This document shows positions 20,462 through 30,894 of a stretch of 64,000 bases of DNA, in pieces (the first letter of the stretch is position 1; the number at the start of each line of letters is the position of its first letter). The stretch is from Candidatus Latescibacterota bacterium (GTDB lineage Bacteria; Latescibacterota; UBA2968): positions 82,780-146,779 of the forward strand of contig JAJEDY010000033.1 in the NCBI GenBank assembly GCA_022821275.1, written 5' to 3'. The translations under genes and the position numbers were made by a program. A model generated the notes under the pieces. It had not been told where the DNA came from. It saw nothing but the letters and a program-made list of their open reading frames with translations, and did no database searches.

Positions 20462-21901
20462 TCAGGCCAGTTCATCTATGGTCCAGTCCGCGAGGGGGGT
20501 AAATTGAAGGGTGTCCAGTTCAAAGCCATAACCAAATGGTGCTTCGACGACGCTTTCTACGTTGAGCGTGCCATTGTGTACATTGAGCATGGGAAAGCCT
20601 CGCGCATGCTGGCGATAAAGGGTGCTGTGATGCGCGAGTACTTGTTTTTGGATGGCTTCGGGATACATGTGCAAGCCCGCAAAATAGTGATGCCCGTTGC
20701 GTTCCGAGTGATCCACGCCCAGCACAGCGAGTACAGCGAGGTCCTGTAATAAAGCCACGGGACCGACATTGGCGAGGTCTTCACTGCTTAAGATATATGT
20801 TCCCGAGGGGTCGCGTTGTTGGCGATGGGCGATTAAGCACGCATTGGCAATGCCTTTGAAAATGCCTTTACAATTTTTGTGGCTCGTGCCCACATAGCCG
20901 CAATCCAATGCCTGTGTTGCGCTGTCGAGTGCGCCGTCGGATTCGTCGATGATCATCGGGGGACGGTCGGTCCAATTTGTCAATACGGATTTGACGGTTG
21001 CGCTGAGGGCCATGTCGCGGTGAAGGGGTTGCTCGACAAAGATCAGTCCTTCCATAAAAGACGAGAGTACGGTGTCGCCTTGAATGGTGTTCCAGAGTTT
21101 TCTAAAGGGTTCGACCTCTGTGTACTGTTCGTTGCCATCGAGTGTGAAGGCGCATTGATCGGGCATCAGGTCCGCGATTTGTCGAAGGCGAGCAAGGTCC
21201 TGTTCTGCATCGCCGCACAGCTTAATTTTTAGATGTGTCAACTGATAGGCTTCGATATTTGCGGCCAATGATTGGGGCAGGCCGTCATTTACGCGGTCTT
21301 CGTCCGCGATGTTCTCGTCGGTCAAGGAATCGGCGAGGCCCACGGTGTGCCGCACGGTGATTGATCGCCGCGCCGCGTGTGGCAAGAGATCGCCGGGGGT
21401 GTTGCCGTGTAATTCACTGTGGATATCGGCAAGGCGAATGCCCAATGTATTTTCTTTTACTGCCTGTGCAAATGTCACGCCTTTTGCACGACAAAAGGCG
21501 TCGATCACTGCGCGTTCGATCATGCTGACGCCGAATGACCATAAGAGCGGCGGATAGGCCGTTGTTTTTGCCCAGGTGCGCTGTTTGGCGTAAATCGTCT
21601 GCCAGAGGTCAAATACCGAATTTTCTGTATCGCTGTGCAGGGCGATATCACAGGCATTTTGAATAACGGTGAGCATTTCATCTAGATCGGACTCAAATGG
21701 CGCGTCTGGATTTTTGGTGAACCACTTTGGCGGCAATCCCTCTGCAGCCAATCCAATTTCTGTTTTTCCATCGACTTTGACTCGCGCTCGCACAAATAAA
21801 TGGGGCAATGCCACGAGCGATGCTATTCCGTATTTAAACGGAAATCGCGTGTGCATGTTCAAGACATTGAGGTCGATTTTCTCTACTGATATACTCATCA
21901 A
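20462..21901 (-). CDS. Enolase-superfamily protein (mandelate racemase / muconate lactonizing enzyme-like)
   Basis: KIKLCG (KxK), LDGNE, FVEQP and IIDESD align with the MR/MLE metal ligand pattern. Confidence 0.5.
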   Translation of the reverse strand: MMSISVEKIDLNVLNMHTRFPFKYGIASLVALPHLFVRARVKVDGKTEIGLAAEGLPPKWFTKNPDAPFESDLDEMLTVIQNACDIALHSDTENSVFDLWQTIYAKQRTWAKTTAYPPLLWSFGVSMIERAVIDAFCRAKGVTFAQAVKENTLGIRLADIHSELHGNTPGDLLPHAARRSITVRHTVGLADSLTDENIADEDRVNDGLPQSLAANIEAYQLTHLKIKLCGDAEQDLARLRQIADLMPDQCAFTLDGNEQYTEVEPFRKLWNTIQGDTVLSSFMEGLIFVEQPLHRDMALSATVKSVLTNWTDRPPMIIDESDGALDSATQALDCGYVGTSHKNCKGIFKGIANACLIAHRQQRDPSGTYILSSEDLANVGPVALLQDLAVLAVLGVDHSERNGHHYFAGLHMYPEAIQKQVLAHHSTLYRQHARGFPMLNVHNGTLNVESVVEAPFGYGFELDTLQFTPLADWTIDELA

Positions 21902-23118
21902 GAGGGTTCCTTATTAAATACTGTGTTCCAGTCTATGCGGCCTGTGAATTGCATGGCGGCGAACAGAGTTGTGATGCATAACAGGGTGACAGCGAGTCCC
22001 GTGTAGCCGGGAAAGAAAAAGGTGTAGGAAAAGAGCACGAGATAGACAAATTGCCCCAGGCCAATTTCGACAAATGCCAGGCGTGTGCCCAGGACCAGCC
22101 TCATGTACGAGGTGACGAGGGCAATGGAGACCGCCGAAGATAGGACAAATGCGTAGTGGATGATCAGGTGGTCAACCAGATAAGCCAGTAGCAGGTGAAA
22201 ACTGAAGAAGGCGGCACCGATGAAGAAATAGTGCATCGGGTGCAGATCGAGGCCGCGCACAATGGAAAAGATAAAGAGCAAAAAGAAAAAAAGAAAGAGG
22301 GAGATGGGGGCGGCGGTGACGACTTTGCCGACCCAGGGACCGGGATTTAGACGGGCTGGAAGAATCATGCCCAGGTCAATGCCGGTGAGAAGATGGTTGT
22401 ATTTCCACGTCAGGGTCCAGGCGTCGCCATCGCGGGTCCTCGAGGTGGGAGACATGCTATCCTGGGGAAAGTCAATGGCGGCGAAGTCCGTGTGCATCAC
22501 CAGTTCAAAGTCCGATACCTGGTTGACGTGGTCCCCAAAACTGTATCGCCATTCGTCCAGGCCCTGGGAGTGATAGGAGAGGTCAATGGAGAGTTCCTGC
22601 CCGGGTGATAGCTCGATGGGTTGGATTAAATGACCGTTGCGGATTGGGAGTTCGGCAATGGATTGGCCGTCAACGGTTAAGGTGAAGTCGTCGTACACTG
22701 CCTGCGGGGCGGGCAGTTCCAGGTCGAAGGACAGGTGCCGGCTCTGGTCGGTGGGGTTGATCAAGGTGTAAGAGGCTGCGAATTGCACCTTGTAGGTGGA
22801 ATACCACAGCAAGCCTTTGCGCCGGTGTTCCAAAGAGAGGTCAACTTCAATGCGACTGGCTTTGAGGTTCAGGAGATGTTTCTCATCTACTGTGCGCGAG
22901 ACAGACTCGCCGTCGATGGTTTCGATATGGGTGACGCGCTCCAGCCAGTAGATTTGCGGTGCTCGCTGGGTCTGCGCTGTGCCCCAGAGGTGTCCCACAG
23001 CACTTTTGAGCTTGTCGTCCTGTTCCTCTGTGCGTATGTAGGTGGTGGCACTCAGAATAATCCAGCCCACTGCGATGCAGAAAAAGATGATGCCAATGGC
23101 GATGATGCGTTTGACCAT
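21898..23118 (-). CDS. CreD-like inner membrane protein
   Basis: An N-terminal TM helix, a large soluble region, then a 5-6 TM C-terminal bundle. Start trimmed to MVKRIIAIG, which has an aggag RBS. Confidence 0.45.
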   Translation of the reverse strand: MVKRIIAIGIIFFCIAVGWIILSATTYIRTEEQDDKLKSAVGHLWGTAQTQRAPQIYWLERVTHIETIDGESVSRTVDEKHLLNLKASRIEVDLSLEHRRKGLLWYSTYKVQFAASYTLINPTDQSRHLSFDLELPAPQAVYDDFTLTVDGQSIAELPIRNGHLIQPIELSPGQELSIDLSYHSQGLDEWRYSFGDHVNQVSDFELVMHTDFAAIDFPQDSMSPTSRTRDGDAWTLTWKYNHLLTGIDLGMILPARLNPGPWVGKVVTAAPISLFLFFFLLFIFSIVRGLDLHPMHYFFIGAAFFSFHLLLAYLVDHLIIHYAFVLSSAVSIALVTSYMRLVLGTRLAFVEIGLGQFVYLVLFSYTFFFPGYTGLAVTLLCITTLFAAMQFTGRIDWNTVFNKEPS

Positions 23119-23229
23119 GAAATTCTCCTCTGTGTAAATGTCTGTAACTGTCTTCTGTCTGTGCTGTTTATACACGCCATTGGTCAGAGTGTTCTTTTGA
23201 ATTTAATTTTTTTAGTATGATAAATTCCT

Positions 23230-23598
23230 TTATAGTGCTCGCCCGATTACAATACCGATCCAGCAGCCCGCGATGCAGAGGGTGACACTTAAGAGGATGT
23301 TCAGCAATGCGAGTAAAGGGTGACTCGTTTCCATCAGGTGCAGGGTTTCGATAGAAAAGGTCGAAAAAGTGGTGAACGCCCCCAGGAGACCTATTAGCAG
23401 GCCATCGCGCCAGGGCATGTCCATATATTCAGACAGGCATACGTAAAGGAGTCCCATAAGGATTGATCCGGTGACGTTGACTGTGAGCGTGCCATAGGGA
23501 AAGCCACGTCCGAACAGGATGTGTATGCTCATGGACATCCCGTAGCGCAATAAGGCTCCCAGAGCACCTCCACCAGCTATGAATAGTAGTTGCGCCAC
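23230..23598 (-). CDS. crcB: Fluoride ion channel CrcB/Fluc
   Basis: GTLTVNVTGSILMG and GAFTTFSTFS are the CrcB signatures. 122 aa with a GTG start. Confidence 0.85.
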   Translation of the reverse strand: MAQLLFIAGGGALGALLRYGMSMSIHILFGRGFPYGTLTVNVTGSILMGLLYVCLSEYMDMPWRDGLLIGLLGAFTTFSTFSIETLHLMETSHPLLALLNILLSVTLCIAGCWIGIVIGRAL

Positions 23599-23599
23599 T

Positions 23600-24022
23600 T
23601 TACTCGTCGCTGCTTCGCAGCAGGGATATGCCCGTCGCGCCTAAAAGCAGAGGTAGGCTGGCGTCGATGAGTATCCACACGAGAGATACGGTTTCTTCTC
23701 CTATTGCGGTAAATGCATCACTGTGGAGGTTGAAATAGTTCCAGAAAAACAGGATGCCGACAAATAATAAGCCGTAGAACTGGATGTTGGCGGCGAGGTA
23801 TTCGCGTGTAATCGCATCGCCGCCATCAATGCCTTTCTTGCGGATGTATCCGAATATCAGTCCCAGTATGATTGATAGCACCATTAACAGATTCAGGATG
23901 TTCCAAAACGGGCTGTATGGTTGTCCGTCGCTGGAGGTGTGATAGAGTGGTTCTATGACGGTGTGGATGGCAACCGCCACCCCTACAATAGTGAGAATTG
24001 CACCGACTATTTGTTTGAGCAT
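23600..24022 (-). CDS. Hypothetical 4-TM membrane protein co-transcribed upstream of crcB
   Basis: Four hydrophobic helices, and the stop lies 1 nt from the crcB start. Confidence 0.45.
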   Translation of the reverse strand: MLKQIVGAILTIVGVAVAIHTVIEPLYHTSSDGQPYSPFWNILNLLMVLSIILGLIFGYIRKKGIDGGDAITREYLAANIQFYGLLFVGILFFWNYFNLHSDAFTAIGEETVSLVWILIDASLPLLLGATGISLLRSSDE

Positions 24023-24171
24023 GATAAATTCCTTTCTAAGGATGGTTGTTTGTCAGGTCTGGTCTATAAAAGAAAAATGCCAGAGTCCAATGCTCTCTTT
24101 TTGCATGATGCCAAAGTTTTGCTCGGTTGGCAACGCAAAGTTTGTGTCCTAATGCGCCTTATCTTCACCCT

Positions 24172-25044
24172 TCACCCTTTCGGTATTGCCAGTGCGGGAA
24201 GTGGTTGGGGTGGTCGCTGTGCGGCGATGGCGGCGACCTGTTCGTCAGGGGTGAGAGGGACGAATCGTTCAGCTGCGTTGAGAACTTTTGGCAGCAGGCT
24301 GATTTCGCCACAGGTGGGGGCGGTGTGTACAGGCTGTGATAGGACCCACCAGAGGGACTGATCAATGGCTTCTTGTTCCCGGTGCGGGTCGTACCAGGTG
24401 TGGCAGTCTTTTGAATTTTCACCCCAGCCGCCGCGTGTGATCATTTTGATTGTTTGGATGCCGATGTCGCGCGCGTTTGCCTCGGCGAGTAGTGCTTCGG
24501 CGTCCCGGCGATAGTTCGCGTCTCGCATGCTTGCCGGATTCAGCGGGAACATGACGGTGTCGAAGTCGAAGCGCTTCAGGCTTTCCAGGATGGTACTCGG
24601 TACCTGCGGCCCGTGTCCGGTGATGCCCAGCCATTTGGTCAATCCCTGTTCGCGCATTTCTATCAGGGTTTCAAGTGCGCCACCCGGTGCGGTGGTTTTA
24701 TCCAGTTCGGATATAGTGCCGACTGAGTGGAGTTGGAACAGGTCGAAGTTTTCGACGTTTAGTCGCTTCATCATTTGTTCCACATCCCGCCACGCGTCGT
24801 CGCGCGTGCGACCGGTTGTTTTTGCGCCGAGGAATACGTCGTCCCGTATGTCGGGCATCCACGGAGCCACGCGTTCCATCGCGTGTCCATAACTCGGCGC
24901 GATGTCGATGTGGTTTACGCCGTGGTCGAGGATGAGTTGTATGGCGCGGTCCGCTTCGTCCTGATCCACATATCCTACCGAGAATGCGCCAAAGGTCGCT
25001 ACTGTGCTCTGATGACCTGTGCGTCCAAGGGTTCGTTTTTGCAT
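24172..25044 (-). CDS. Aldo/keto reductase
   Basis: DIAPSYGHAME region and a TIM-barrel AKR length of 290 aa. Confidence 0.8.
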   Translation of the reverse strand: MQKRTLGRTGHQSTVATFGAFSVGYVDQDEADRAIQLILDHGVNHIDIAPSYGHAMERVAPWMPDIRDDVFLGAKTTGRTRDDAWRDVEQMMKRLNVENFDLFQLHSVGTISELDKTTAPGGALETLIEMREQGLTKWLGITGHGPQVPSTILESLKRFDFDTVMFPLNPASMRDANYRRDAEALLAEANARDIGIQTIKMITRGGWGENSKDCHTWYDPHREQEAIDQSLWWVLSQPVHTAPTCGEISLLPKVLNAAERFVPLTPDEQVAAIAAQRPPQPLPALAIPKG

Positions 25045-25068
25045 GTATTATCCTTTTTCTTTTTACGG

Positions 25069-26394
25069 TTAATTTCCCTCAAGCTCTGCCGCGAGTCGCG
25101 CTAACCACGCATCTACATCTGCGGGAATATCCAGCGGTCGTCTGACCATGTTTATCTGCGGATATCCACCCACCTCTACCTGGCTATCTATCATCCGACC
25201 CTCGCGATCGAGAAACTCGCGTATAATCCTCTGATCTGTCTCATCGCGGTCTTTCGGACGCGCACCCGCGCTTTGTACTACATGTTCCACTACTGCTGAT
25301 GCAGGCAATGGTGTGATGTTACCCCAGATGGGTTTCTCTTCCAAAATGCGGATATTGCCCGAGGTCAAAGGCACATTAGTTCCTGTTCTATCCAGCGCGA
25401 TATTATCTTCGAGATACGCATCGCCCTTTGAGGATACCAGTGCCAGTCCCGACCGCGTATTGCTACCGTGAATCATTACATTGCCCACCACGCTCACGCG
25501 CGCATTTTGTGGAACGAGATTGGTATCGCTAAATTCGGCATCTGAAAAACTCAGTTGAATCGCCCGCGCACCCGGGTTGTAGATCAAATTGTTTACGATC
25601 ACCCCGGTTGTAAATGCCTTGAAATACGGGTTGCGATTTGCATTGTGGGCATACAAATTGCCGATGATGGCGATTTCTCGGCAGAAGTCGTGAATCAGCG
25701 ATCCCATGGAGTGGGGACCTTTGCTGTGCGATGCATCATTCAGGCATTCGGCGATAATGCAATTGACAAATGCGATGCGACGGGAAGTCGCATCTGGTCC
25801 CTCGGTATTTGGGCCAGATGCGCTCAAATTTTCATCTACTGCCCATGAAATAGAACAGTGGTCGATCAATATATTGTACGCATCAGCACCTGCTGTGGAG
25901 ATGCCATCTGGCTCCCACCCGCTTCTTTTTGCTTCGCCCGCATCGCCTGGGCGCACCCGAATATGCTGTAAAATTACATCGTGTGTCTGTATGAAAATGG
26001 CACCGCGAATGATCGTAATGCCCGGACTCGGCGCGGTTTGTCCCGCCACAGTTACAAATGGCTCGCGAATGTTCAACCGCGTTTTGTTCAGGTCAATGAC
26101 CCCTCCCACTTCAAATACCACAATACGCGGTCCTTGTGCAGATAGTGCCGCATCCAGTGATCCCTGTCCACTCGCCAACAGATTTGTCACCCGAATGACC
26201 CTGCCCCCGCGCCCACCAGGCGTGTTCATACCGAAATCGCTGGTCTGATTCTCTGTAATGTCAAAGCGGTGTGCATCCAGACCGTTGTCTGTGGGAGTAT
26301 CCCCATTTTCTGGATCTGTGGGTTTATTACCACCACACGCAATAAGCGCGACAAATGTATACAGCGCAATTTTTTGGATTATATGCCAGGTCAT
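25069..26394 (-). CDS. Pectate-lyase-like right-handed beta-helix lipoprotein
   Basis: Lipoprotein signal LIACGG, then GGRGGRVIRVTNL and repeated beta-helix rungs. Start trimmed to MTWHIIQK (ATG at 26394). Confidence 0.55.
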   Translation of the reverse strand: MTWHIIQKIALYTFVALIACGGNKPTDPENGDTPTDNGLDAHRFDITENQTSDFGMNTPGGRGGRVIRVTNLLASGQGSLDAALSAQGPRIVVFEVGGVIDLNKTRLNIREPFVTVAGQTAPSPGITIIRGAIFIQTHDVILQHIRVRPGDAGEAKRSGWEPDGISTAGADAYNILIDHCSISWAVDENLSASGPNTEGPDATSRRIAFVNCIIAECLNDASHSKGPHSMGSLIHDFCREIAIIGNLYAHNANRNPYFKAFTTGVIVNNLIYNPGARAIQLSFSDAEFSDTNLVPQNARVSVVGNVMIHGSNTRSGLALVSSKGDAYLEDNIALDRTGTNVPLTSGNIRILEEKPIWGNITPLPASAVVEHVVQSAGARPKDRDETDQRIIREFLDREGRMIDSQVEVGGYPQINMVRRPLDIPADVDAWLARLAAELEGN

Positions 26395-26493
26395 ATATAT
26401 AGCCTTCAAATTTCTTCTCTTGTAGTACGCGTGACATTTGGCTATTATTGAAATGCTACAGATGTAACAAATCAAGCAAAATGGAGATGGCCA

Positions 26494-26772
26494 TTGTCAC
26501 TGATATTTGAATGGGATGAAAATAAATCCAGAGAGAATGAGAGAAAACACGGTGTCAGTTTCGAAGAGGCAAAGACAATTTTTAACGATCCTTTTGCCAT
26601 TACAGTTTATGATCCAGATCATTCAATAAATGAAGACCGGTATATTGATTTGGGACTTTCATCAAAAGGAAGATTTCTCGTAGTCTCCTATACAGAAAGA
26701 GGGTCACGAATTCGTCTCATCAGCAGCAGAGAAGCCACCCGAGGGGAGCGCCGCAATTATGAAGGACAATAA
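26494..26772 (+). CDS. brnT: BrnT-like ribonuclease toxin (DUF497, RelE/ParE superfamily)
   Basis: EWDENKSRENERKHGVSFEEA is the typical BrnT N-terminus. 92 aa. Confidence 0.7.
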   Translation: MSLIFEWDENKSRENERKHGVSFEEAKTIFNDPFAITVYDPDHSINEDRYIDLGLSSKGRFLVVSYTERGSRIRLISSREATRGERRNYEGQ

Positions 26773-27016
26773 AAATAAGAAAATGCGATCGGAATACGAT
26801 TTCTCCGACGGAGTTCGGGGAAAACATTTTAAGGCTTACCGTGAAGGACATACGGTTAAAATAAGAAAAGAGGATGGCTCAATAGAAACCCGCTGTTTCA
26901 CAGAGGAAGACGGTTCTATTATGTTAGACCCAGATGTAAAACAACATTTCCCCGATTCCAATTCTGTAAATAAAGCACTCCGTTCATTAATCTCAGAATC
27001 GCGATCACCTGCCTGA
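26759..27016 (+). CDS. brnA: BrnA-like antitoxin
   Basis: An 85-aa protein overlapping the brnT stop by 14 nt, in the gene order usual for brnTA. Confidence 0.5.
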   Translation: MKDNKNKKMRSEYDFSDGVRGKHFKAYREGHTVKIRKEDGSIETRCFTEEDGSIMLDPDVKQHFPDSNSVNKALRSLISESRSPA

Positions 27017-27033
27017 ACCTGCTATCGCCTTAC

Positions 27034-28071
27034 TCAACGCCAGCGTTCTTCAAAAACCGAAATCGCGGTTTGCGCTGCCAGCATAGACGTTTGTACGCGC
27101 TCCTGATACCCACCCTGCATGGTCATTCCCGTCTCGATCGTAAATGATGGACCGTATTGATGCGCTCCGTAATCGGCCAGATTTAATCCTTCGCCGCGTT
27201 CCTGGGCAATTAACCAGAACACGCCGCGTTCTCCTGTCTCAAAAAACGATCCGGGCGTATAACCTGCTGGCGCAAGTTTAGATCCAGAATCGGCAACTGC
27301 TCGAATTATTGCATCTGCCATCCGCTTTTCCCACATTTCATCATTCTCATTGCGCTGGTGACGGGCAGAGAACCAGAAGCCGTCTCCTCCGTATTCGTGC
27401 AGGTCCAGTGTTAGTCCGGGCTGAATTTCAGCCATCAAATTGCGCGTGCAACGCGGTTCCACGGGCGACCAGGCTGTGTCGTGAAAGCGGTTGATGTGCA
27501 ATACTTCGCCTTCTGGACTGACAATTAGCGTATAGGCTCTCTGGCAGAGGGCAGTGCCTTCAATGTCTTCGGCACGCGATGGAAAGAAAATGCGCCGTCC
27601 AAAGAGTGGTTTTAAAAAATCGATTCCTACTTCGAATTTTCCAAAAACCCCCACAGTCGAATATCCGTATTCGCCGATGATTGCGATTACTGTTTCATCT
27701 TCTTCGTAGAGTACTTCGCCGCGTGCTTTTAGAATTTTCTCGACGTCCTCTATGGCGTTTAATTCTGGCTCTTCACCGAGGCTCAAACTCAGTGCATACG
27801 CATATCCGTTCATTCCCATTGGGTCTCGGGTGGGAATTATATAGACCTGATGCTCTGTGTCGAGCGCGTCCAGAAGTCCCATTGCCGCTCCGACTCCAGC
27901 CTGTTCTGTCGAATGGCTGCCCGCACTGATAAAAATAGCCGGTGTTTTATCTCCTCCGGTTCTGATACATACCAGCGGTGATCCATCCGGCGTATGTCCG
28001 AGTATCTGGGATGGGTAGCCTTTCTGTTCAATCCGTTGCAGGAGATCTGAATATCGATCAAAGATTTGCAT
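27034..28071 (-). CDS. M14/AstE-AspA family zinc carboxypeptidase-like protein
   Basis: SAGSHSTEQAG is the HxxE zinc-binding motif. 345 aa. Confidence 0.55.
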   Translation of the reverse strand: MQIFDRYSDLLQRIEQKGYPSQILGHTPDGSPLVCIRTGGDKTPAIFISAGSHSTEQAGVGAAMGLLDALDTEHQVYIIPTRDPMGMNGYAYALSLSLGEEPELNAIEDVEKILKARGEVLYEEDETVIAIIGEYGYSTVGVFGKFEVGIDFLKPLFGRRIFFPSRAEDIEGTALCQRAYTLIVSPEGEVLHINRFHDTAWSPVEPRCTRNLMAEIQPGLTLDLHEYGGDGFWFSARHQRNENDEMWEKRMADAIIRAVADSGSKLAPAGYTPGSFFETGERGVFWLIAQERGEGLNLADYGAHQYGPSFTIETGMTMQGGYQERVQTSMLAAQTAISVFEERWR

Positions 28072-28088
28072 GTGAATCCCTCCCTATG

Positions 28089-30881
28089 TTAAGGCGCAAC
28101 ACGCGCCCAGGCGGAATTTAAGATTCTGACTTCGTCGCAAGTAATCGCGGGATAGTCCCGCACGGTAATCGCGTTTTCTGTGGCCGATGCAATTTCAAAA
28201 CCGGTCTGAGGTGATTCTCCTGCCAGTAAATAAGAGCCGATGACTGCCTGTGGATTCTGCAATGGTTCTGCGAGGTGAAATATACTTTCCTCTACCGACT
28301 GGACCTTCAGAGTGGTATTCGCCTCTGTGAGGGAAATTTTCAAATTGCCACACGTCAATATTGTGCCGTTTAGCAGATAGCCCTGTACGCCTTGATCATT
28401 TATCGATACAAATGCAAATTGTGCGGCAGCGGTCACCGGCCCGAATTGTCGCTCTTTTTGGTCTTTCGTCGATATAATATAATCGGTGCGGTTCGGTAGT
28501 TTTACTTCAATTGCCAGAACACCAGCGTCTGAATCATCTGTGAGCAACCGTGCCCCAAGAAGTGGAGAGCTTTCGGTTTTGTAGGGTGCGATTACAGCGG
28601 CGTATTGGCTTGCAAGTGTCTCATTGTCATTCCTGGCTGAGTTTTCTGCAAAGATTTGTCTGATTGATGGTTTTTCCAATTCCTCAGGTGTTCCAACCCG
28701 CCAGCCGGGCGCGTCTGCGAGAATAATGCGGTTCGGTACATTTAATAACATCAGATCCAGATTTACATCCCGAAATTGCCATGTAAATGTAGTCGGTTCC
28801 TGGGGCGCAATTGCCTGTGGATTTTCGAGCCATATATCCCAGGCGTCTCCCAAAGTTACTGCCTGTGGCGATGGTGTTGCCGGGTTCATGCTCATTGGTG
28901 AGCCATTGCAGTGAAAATTGTACTGGTGGATCCGTCCGCCTTTGACCCTGAAAAGATCCACACTATAGGTTTGTCCTTCCGGCGTTGTCACCATTGTGCA
29001 GGTGCGCCGATATTCCCGGCACTGGGGGTACACATTTACGCCCGAGGCCTGTACTATCTCAATGCCGAGTGCTGTGCCAAATAATTCCAGGTTGGAACCG
29101 CAAGCCGTGTTGTTCTGCTCTTTCTCATCGACTACTACCAGGTTGTGCGATAGGCTGCTTTTTACCCAAACCTGTCCGCTGCGCCCGTCTGGAAGTTGCT
29201 GGCTGCTGCCCGAAAAATAACCGCGGTCCGAGGCGAGTTCCTCTCCATAGGCGTAGTAGCTCAGGCTTAAGATATCTTGCTGTCGGTGACTGGTTTGCAG
29301 GGTCCACAGGTGCTCATTGCCGTTTAAATAGAGGGCGGTGTCATCTCGACCACCTCGCAAGACGCCTACATGCCAGCCGGGGAACCATTCGGAATGCAGA
29401 AGTGGCGTCGCTGCCTCTGCATGTAGATCATAAGGGCGGTACCACAGCGCGTATTCCTGGCCTTTTTCGGATAAAGGTGCTCCTTGAACACTTTCCAGCA
29501 GGCCAGCGTACTCACCACCGAGACGAGCGGCGAGAATTTCAGCGGAAAGAAGGTTTGCTTCGGTATCGTACCGCGTATCGCCAATTATTGGCATGCGGTT
29601 GCCGGGTGCGAGCATTCTTGCCAGAGATAGTAGGGAGAGAGGGTAACGCCCACTTGAGAACATGTCTAACTGCTCGATCCGCTCGCCTTCTTCTGGCTGA
29701 TAACCGGGGGGATCGCTATATCCGTGTAGCAGGTCGGCCAGTTCATGTACGTTGGAAAGGTTGTGGGCCGAATAGGCTGGCGATTCCGAATAAAAACCAT
29801 CGTGGTGATACCGCTCCGCCAACATCCGATTGAAGCCATCCAGCGCGTGTCGCACCTTCTGGGGGTGTGCCAGAAGCGTTCCCACTTCGGCGCTTAATAC
29901 AAAAACCGCTGTGACCTTGTTGCTTAGAGAATTCCAGTGCATCATGTCCGCACACCCGGCGAGGATCAGGTCCTCTGTTATCCGTTGCTCCGTATCCCGG
30001 TCTATCAACTTACGACCAGGCGCGTATTCTGCATCGCGGATCAGATTGTAGGCAATGGTTAATACAAATAGTGCCCCGGCATCGCTTCCTTTTCCGTGGA
30101 CGTTCATGCGGCCCGCGCCCCAGAATCCGTTGTTCATCGTCGAATAATCCTCAAATTGGTGCAAGCCGTAAGCATGGCGGATCGCATCTTTTGGAAAGCG
30201 CCCTCCGCGGGGACCACCTTCGGCCTCTTCTTTGCCCATGTTGGCCGCTACCTCTGCAGGCGGCAAGTCCGCAACACTTCCGTCGTAGGAGTGGTAGAGA
30301 TAATTCGGGAATACCCGGGCGATCCGGTCGAGGATCCACATCGCGCGCTCGGCGTATTCAATTTCATCCGTTACTGCGTAGAGTTTGGCGAGTGTCAATG
30401 CCTGGTTTCGCGCCCAGCCTGCTTTGCGATCTCGAATATGACCGCTAAAACTCGTCATTGTGGGGCGGTCTCCAAGCCATTTGAGCGCGTGCTTTGCGCG
30501 GTTTTCGGGGTCGGCTACTTCTTCGGGTGTCTCGTAATAGGTGAATTGTTGACCCATCCGCGGACATACCAGTACGCCGGTCTCCGGGTACTGGGCGTTG
30601 GGATAAACTGCGCCACAGGCACGACACGTAATCTCATCCGGTCTGTCAATGTGCCAGTCAAAGAGTCCGCCGCCCATTAACGATTGTTTGCCCACACAGT
30701 GCGGACAGTTCTGGCCGTAATGCGTGCCGGGAGTCAATTCGGGGATCATTGTGTCGAAAAACGCTCGATCTTGCCGCATGGCAAATGCAACGCTTTGCGC
30801 CCAGCTATTCACGATTTCCTGCGCCCAACCGTAGCGAGATAGATTTTGTCGGGCGTTTTCGATATCTCCGGGTTTGTACAT
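28089..30881 (-). CDS. Heparinase II/III-like polysaccharide lyase family protein
   Basis: About 930 aa with an alpha/alpha-toroid N-terminal half and a beta-rich C-terminal half, which is the composition of heparinase II/III and alginate lyase-like proteins. Start trimmed to MYKPGD (ATG at 30881). Confidence 0.5.
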   Translation of the reverse strand: MYKPGDIENARQNLSRYGWAQEIVNSWAQSVAFAMRQDRAFFDTMIPELTPGTHYGQNCPHCVGKQSLMGGGLFDWHIDRPDEITCRACGAVYPNAQYPETGVLVCPRMGQQFTYYETPEEVADPENRAKHALKWLGDRPTMTSFSGHIRDRKAGWARNQALTLAKLYAVTDEIEYAERAMWILDRIARVFPNYLYHSYDGSVADLPPAEVAANMGKEEAEGGPRGGRFPKDAIRHAYGLHQFEDYSTMNNGFWGAGRMNVHGKGSDAGALFVLTIAYNLIRDAEYAPGRKLIDRDTEQRITEDLILAGCADMMHWNSLSNKVTAVFVLSAEVGTLLAHPQKVRHALDGFNRMLAERYHHDGFYSESPAYSAHNLSNVHELADLLHGYSDPPGYQPEEGERIEQLDMFSSGRYPLSLLSLARMLAPGNRMPIIGDTRYDTEANLLSAEILAARLGGEYAGLLESVQGAPLSEKGQEYALWYRPYDLHAEAATPLLHSEWFPGWHVGVLRGGRDDTALYLNGNEHLWTLQTSHRQQDILSLSYYAYGEELASDRGYFSGSSQQLPDGRSGQVWVKSSLSHNLVVVDEKEQNNTACGSNLELFGTALGIEIVQASGVNVYPQCREYRRTCTMVTTPEGQTYSVDLFRVKGGRIHQYNFHCNGSPMSMNPATPSPQAVTLGDAWDIWLENPQAIAPQEPTTFTWQFRDVNLDLMLLNVPNRIILADAPGWRVGTPEELEKPSIRQIFAENSARNDNETLASQYAAVIAPYKTESSPLLGARLLTDDSDAGVLAIEVKLPNRTDYIISTKDQKERQFGPVTAAAQFAFVSINDQGVQGYLLNGTILTCGNLKISLTEANTTLKVQSVEESIFHLAEPLQNPQAVIGSYLLAGESPQTGFEIASATENAITVRDYPAITCDEVRILNSAWARVAP

Positions 30882-30894
30882 TTCGGCATCTCCC

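Noticed and set aside
24023-24171. Fluoride (crcB-motif) riboswitch upstream of the crcB operon
   Set aside because: I searched the minus-strand leader for the conserved GGCGATG...AACCG...CTGATGATGCC core. Only partial, out-of-order fragments are present, so I do not call a riboswitch.
28985-29833. 282-aa plus-strand ORF inside the heparinase-like gene
   Set aside because: Arg/Cys-rich antisense translation with no domain signal.
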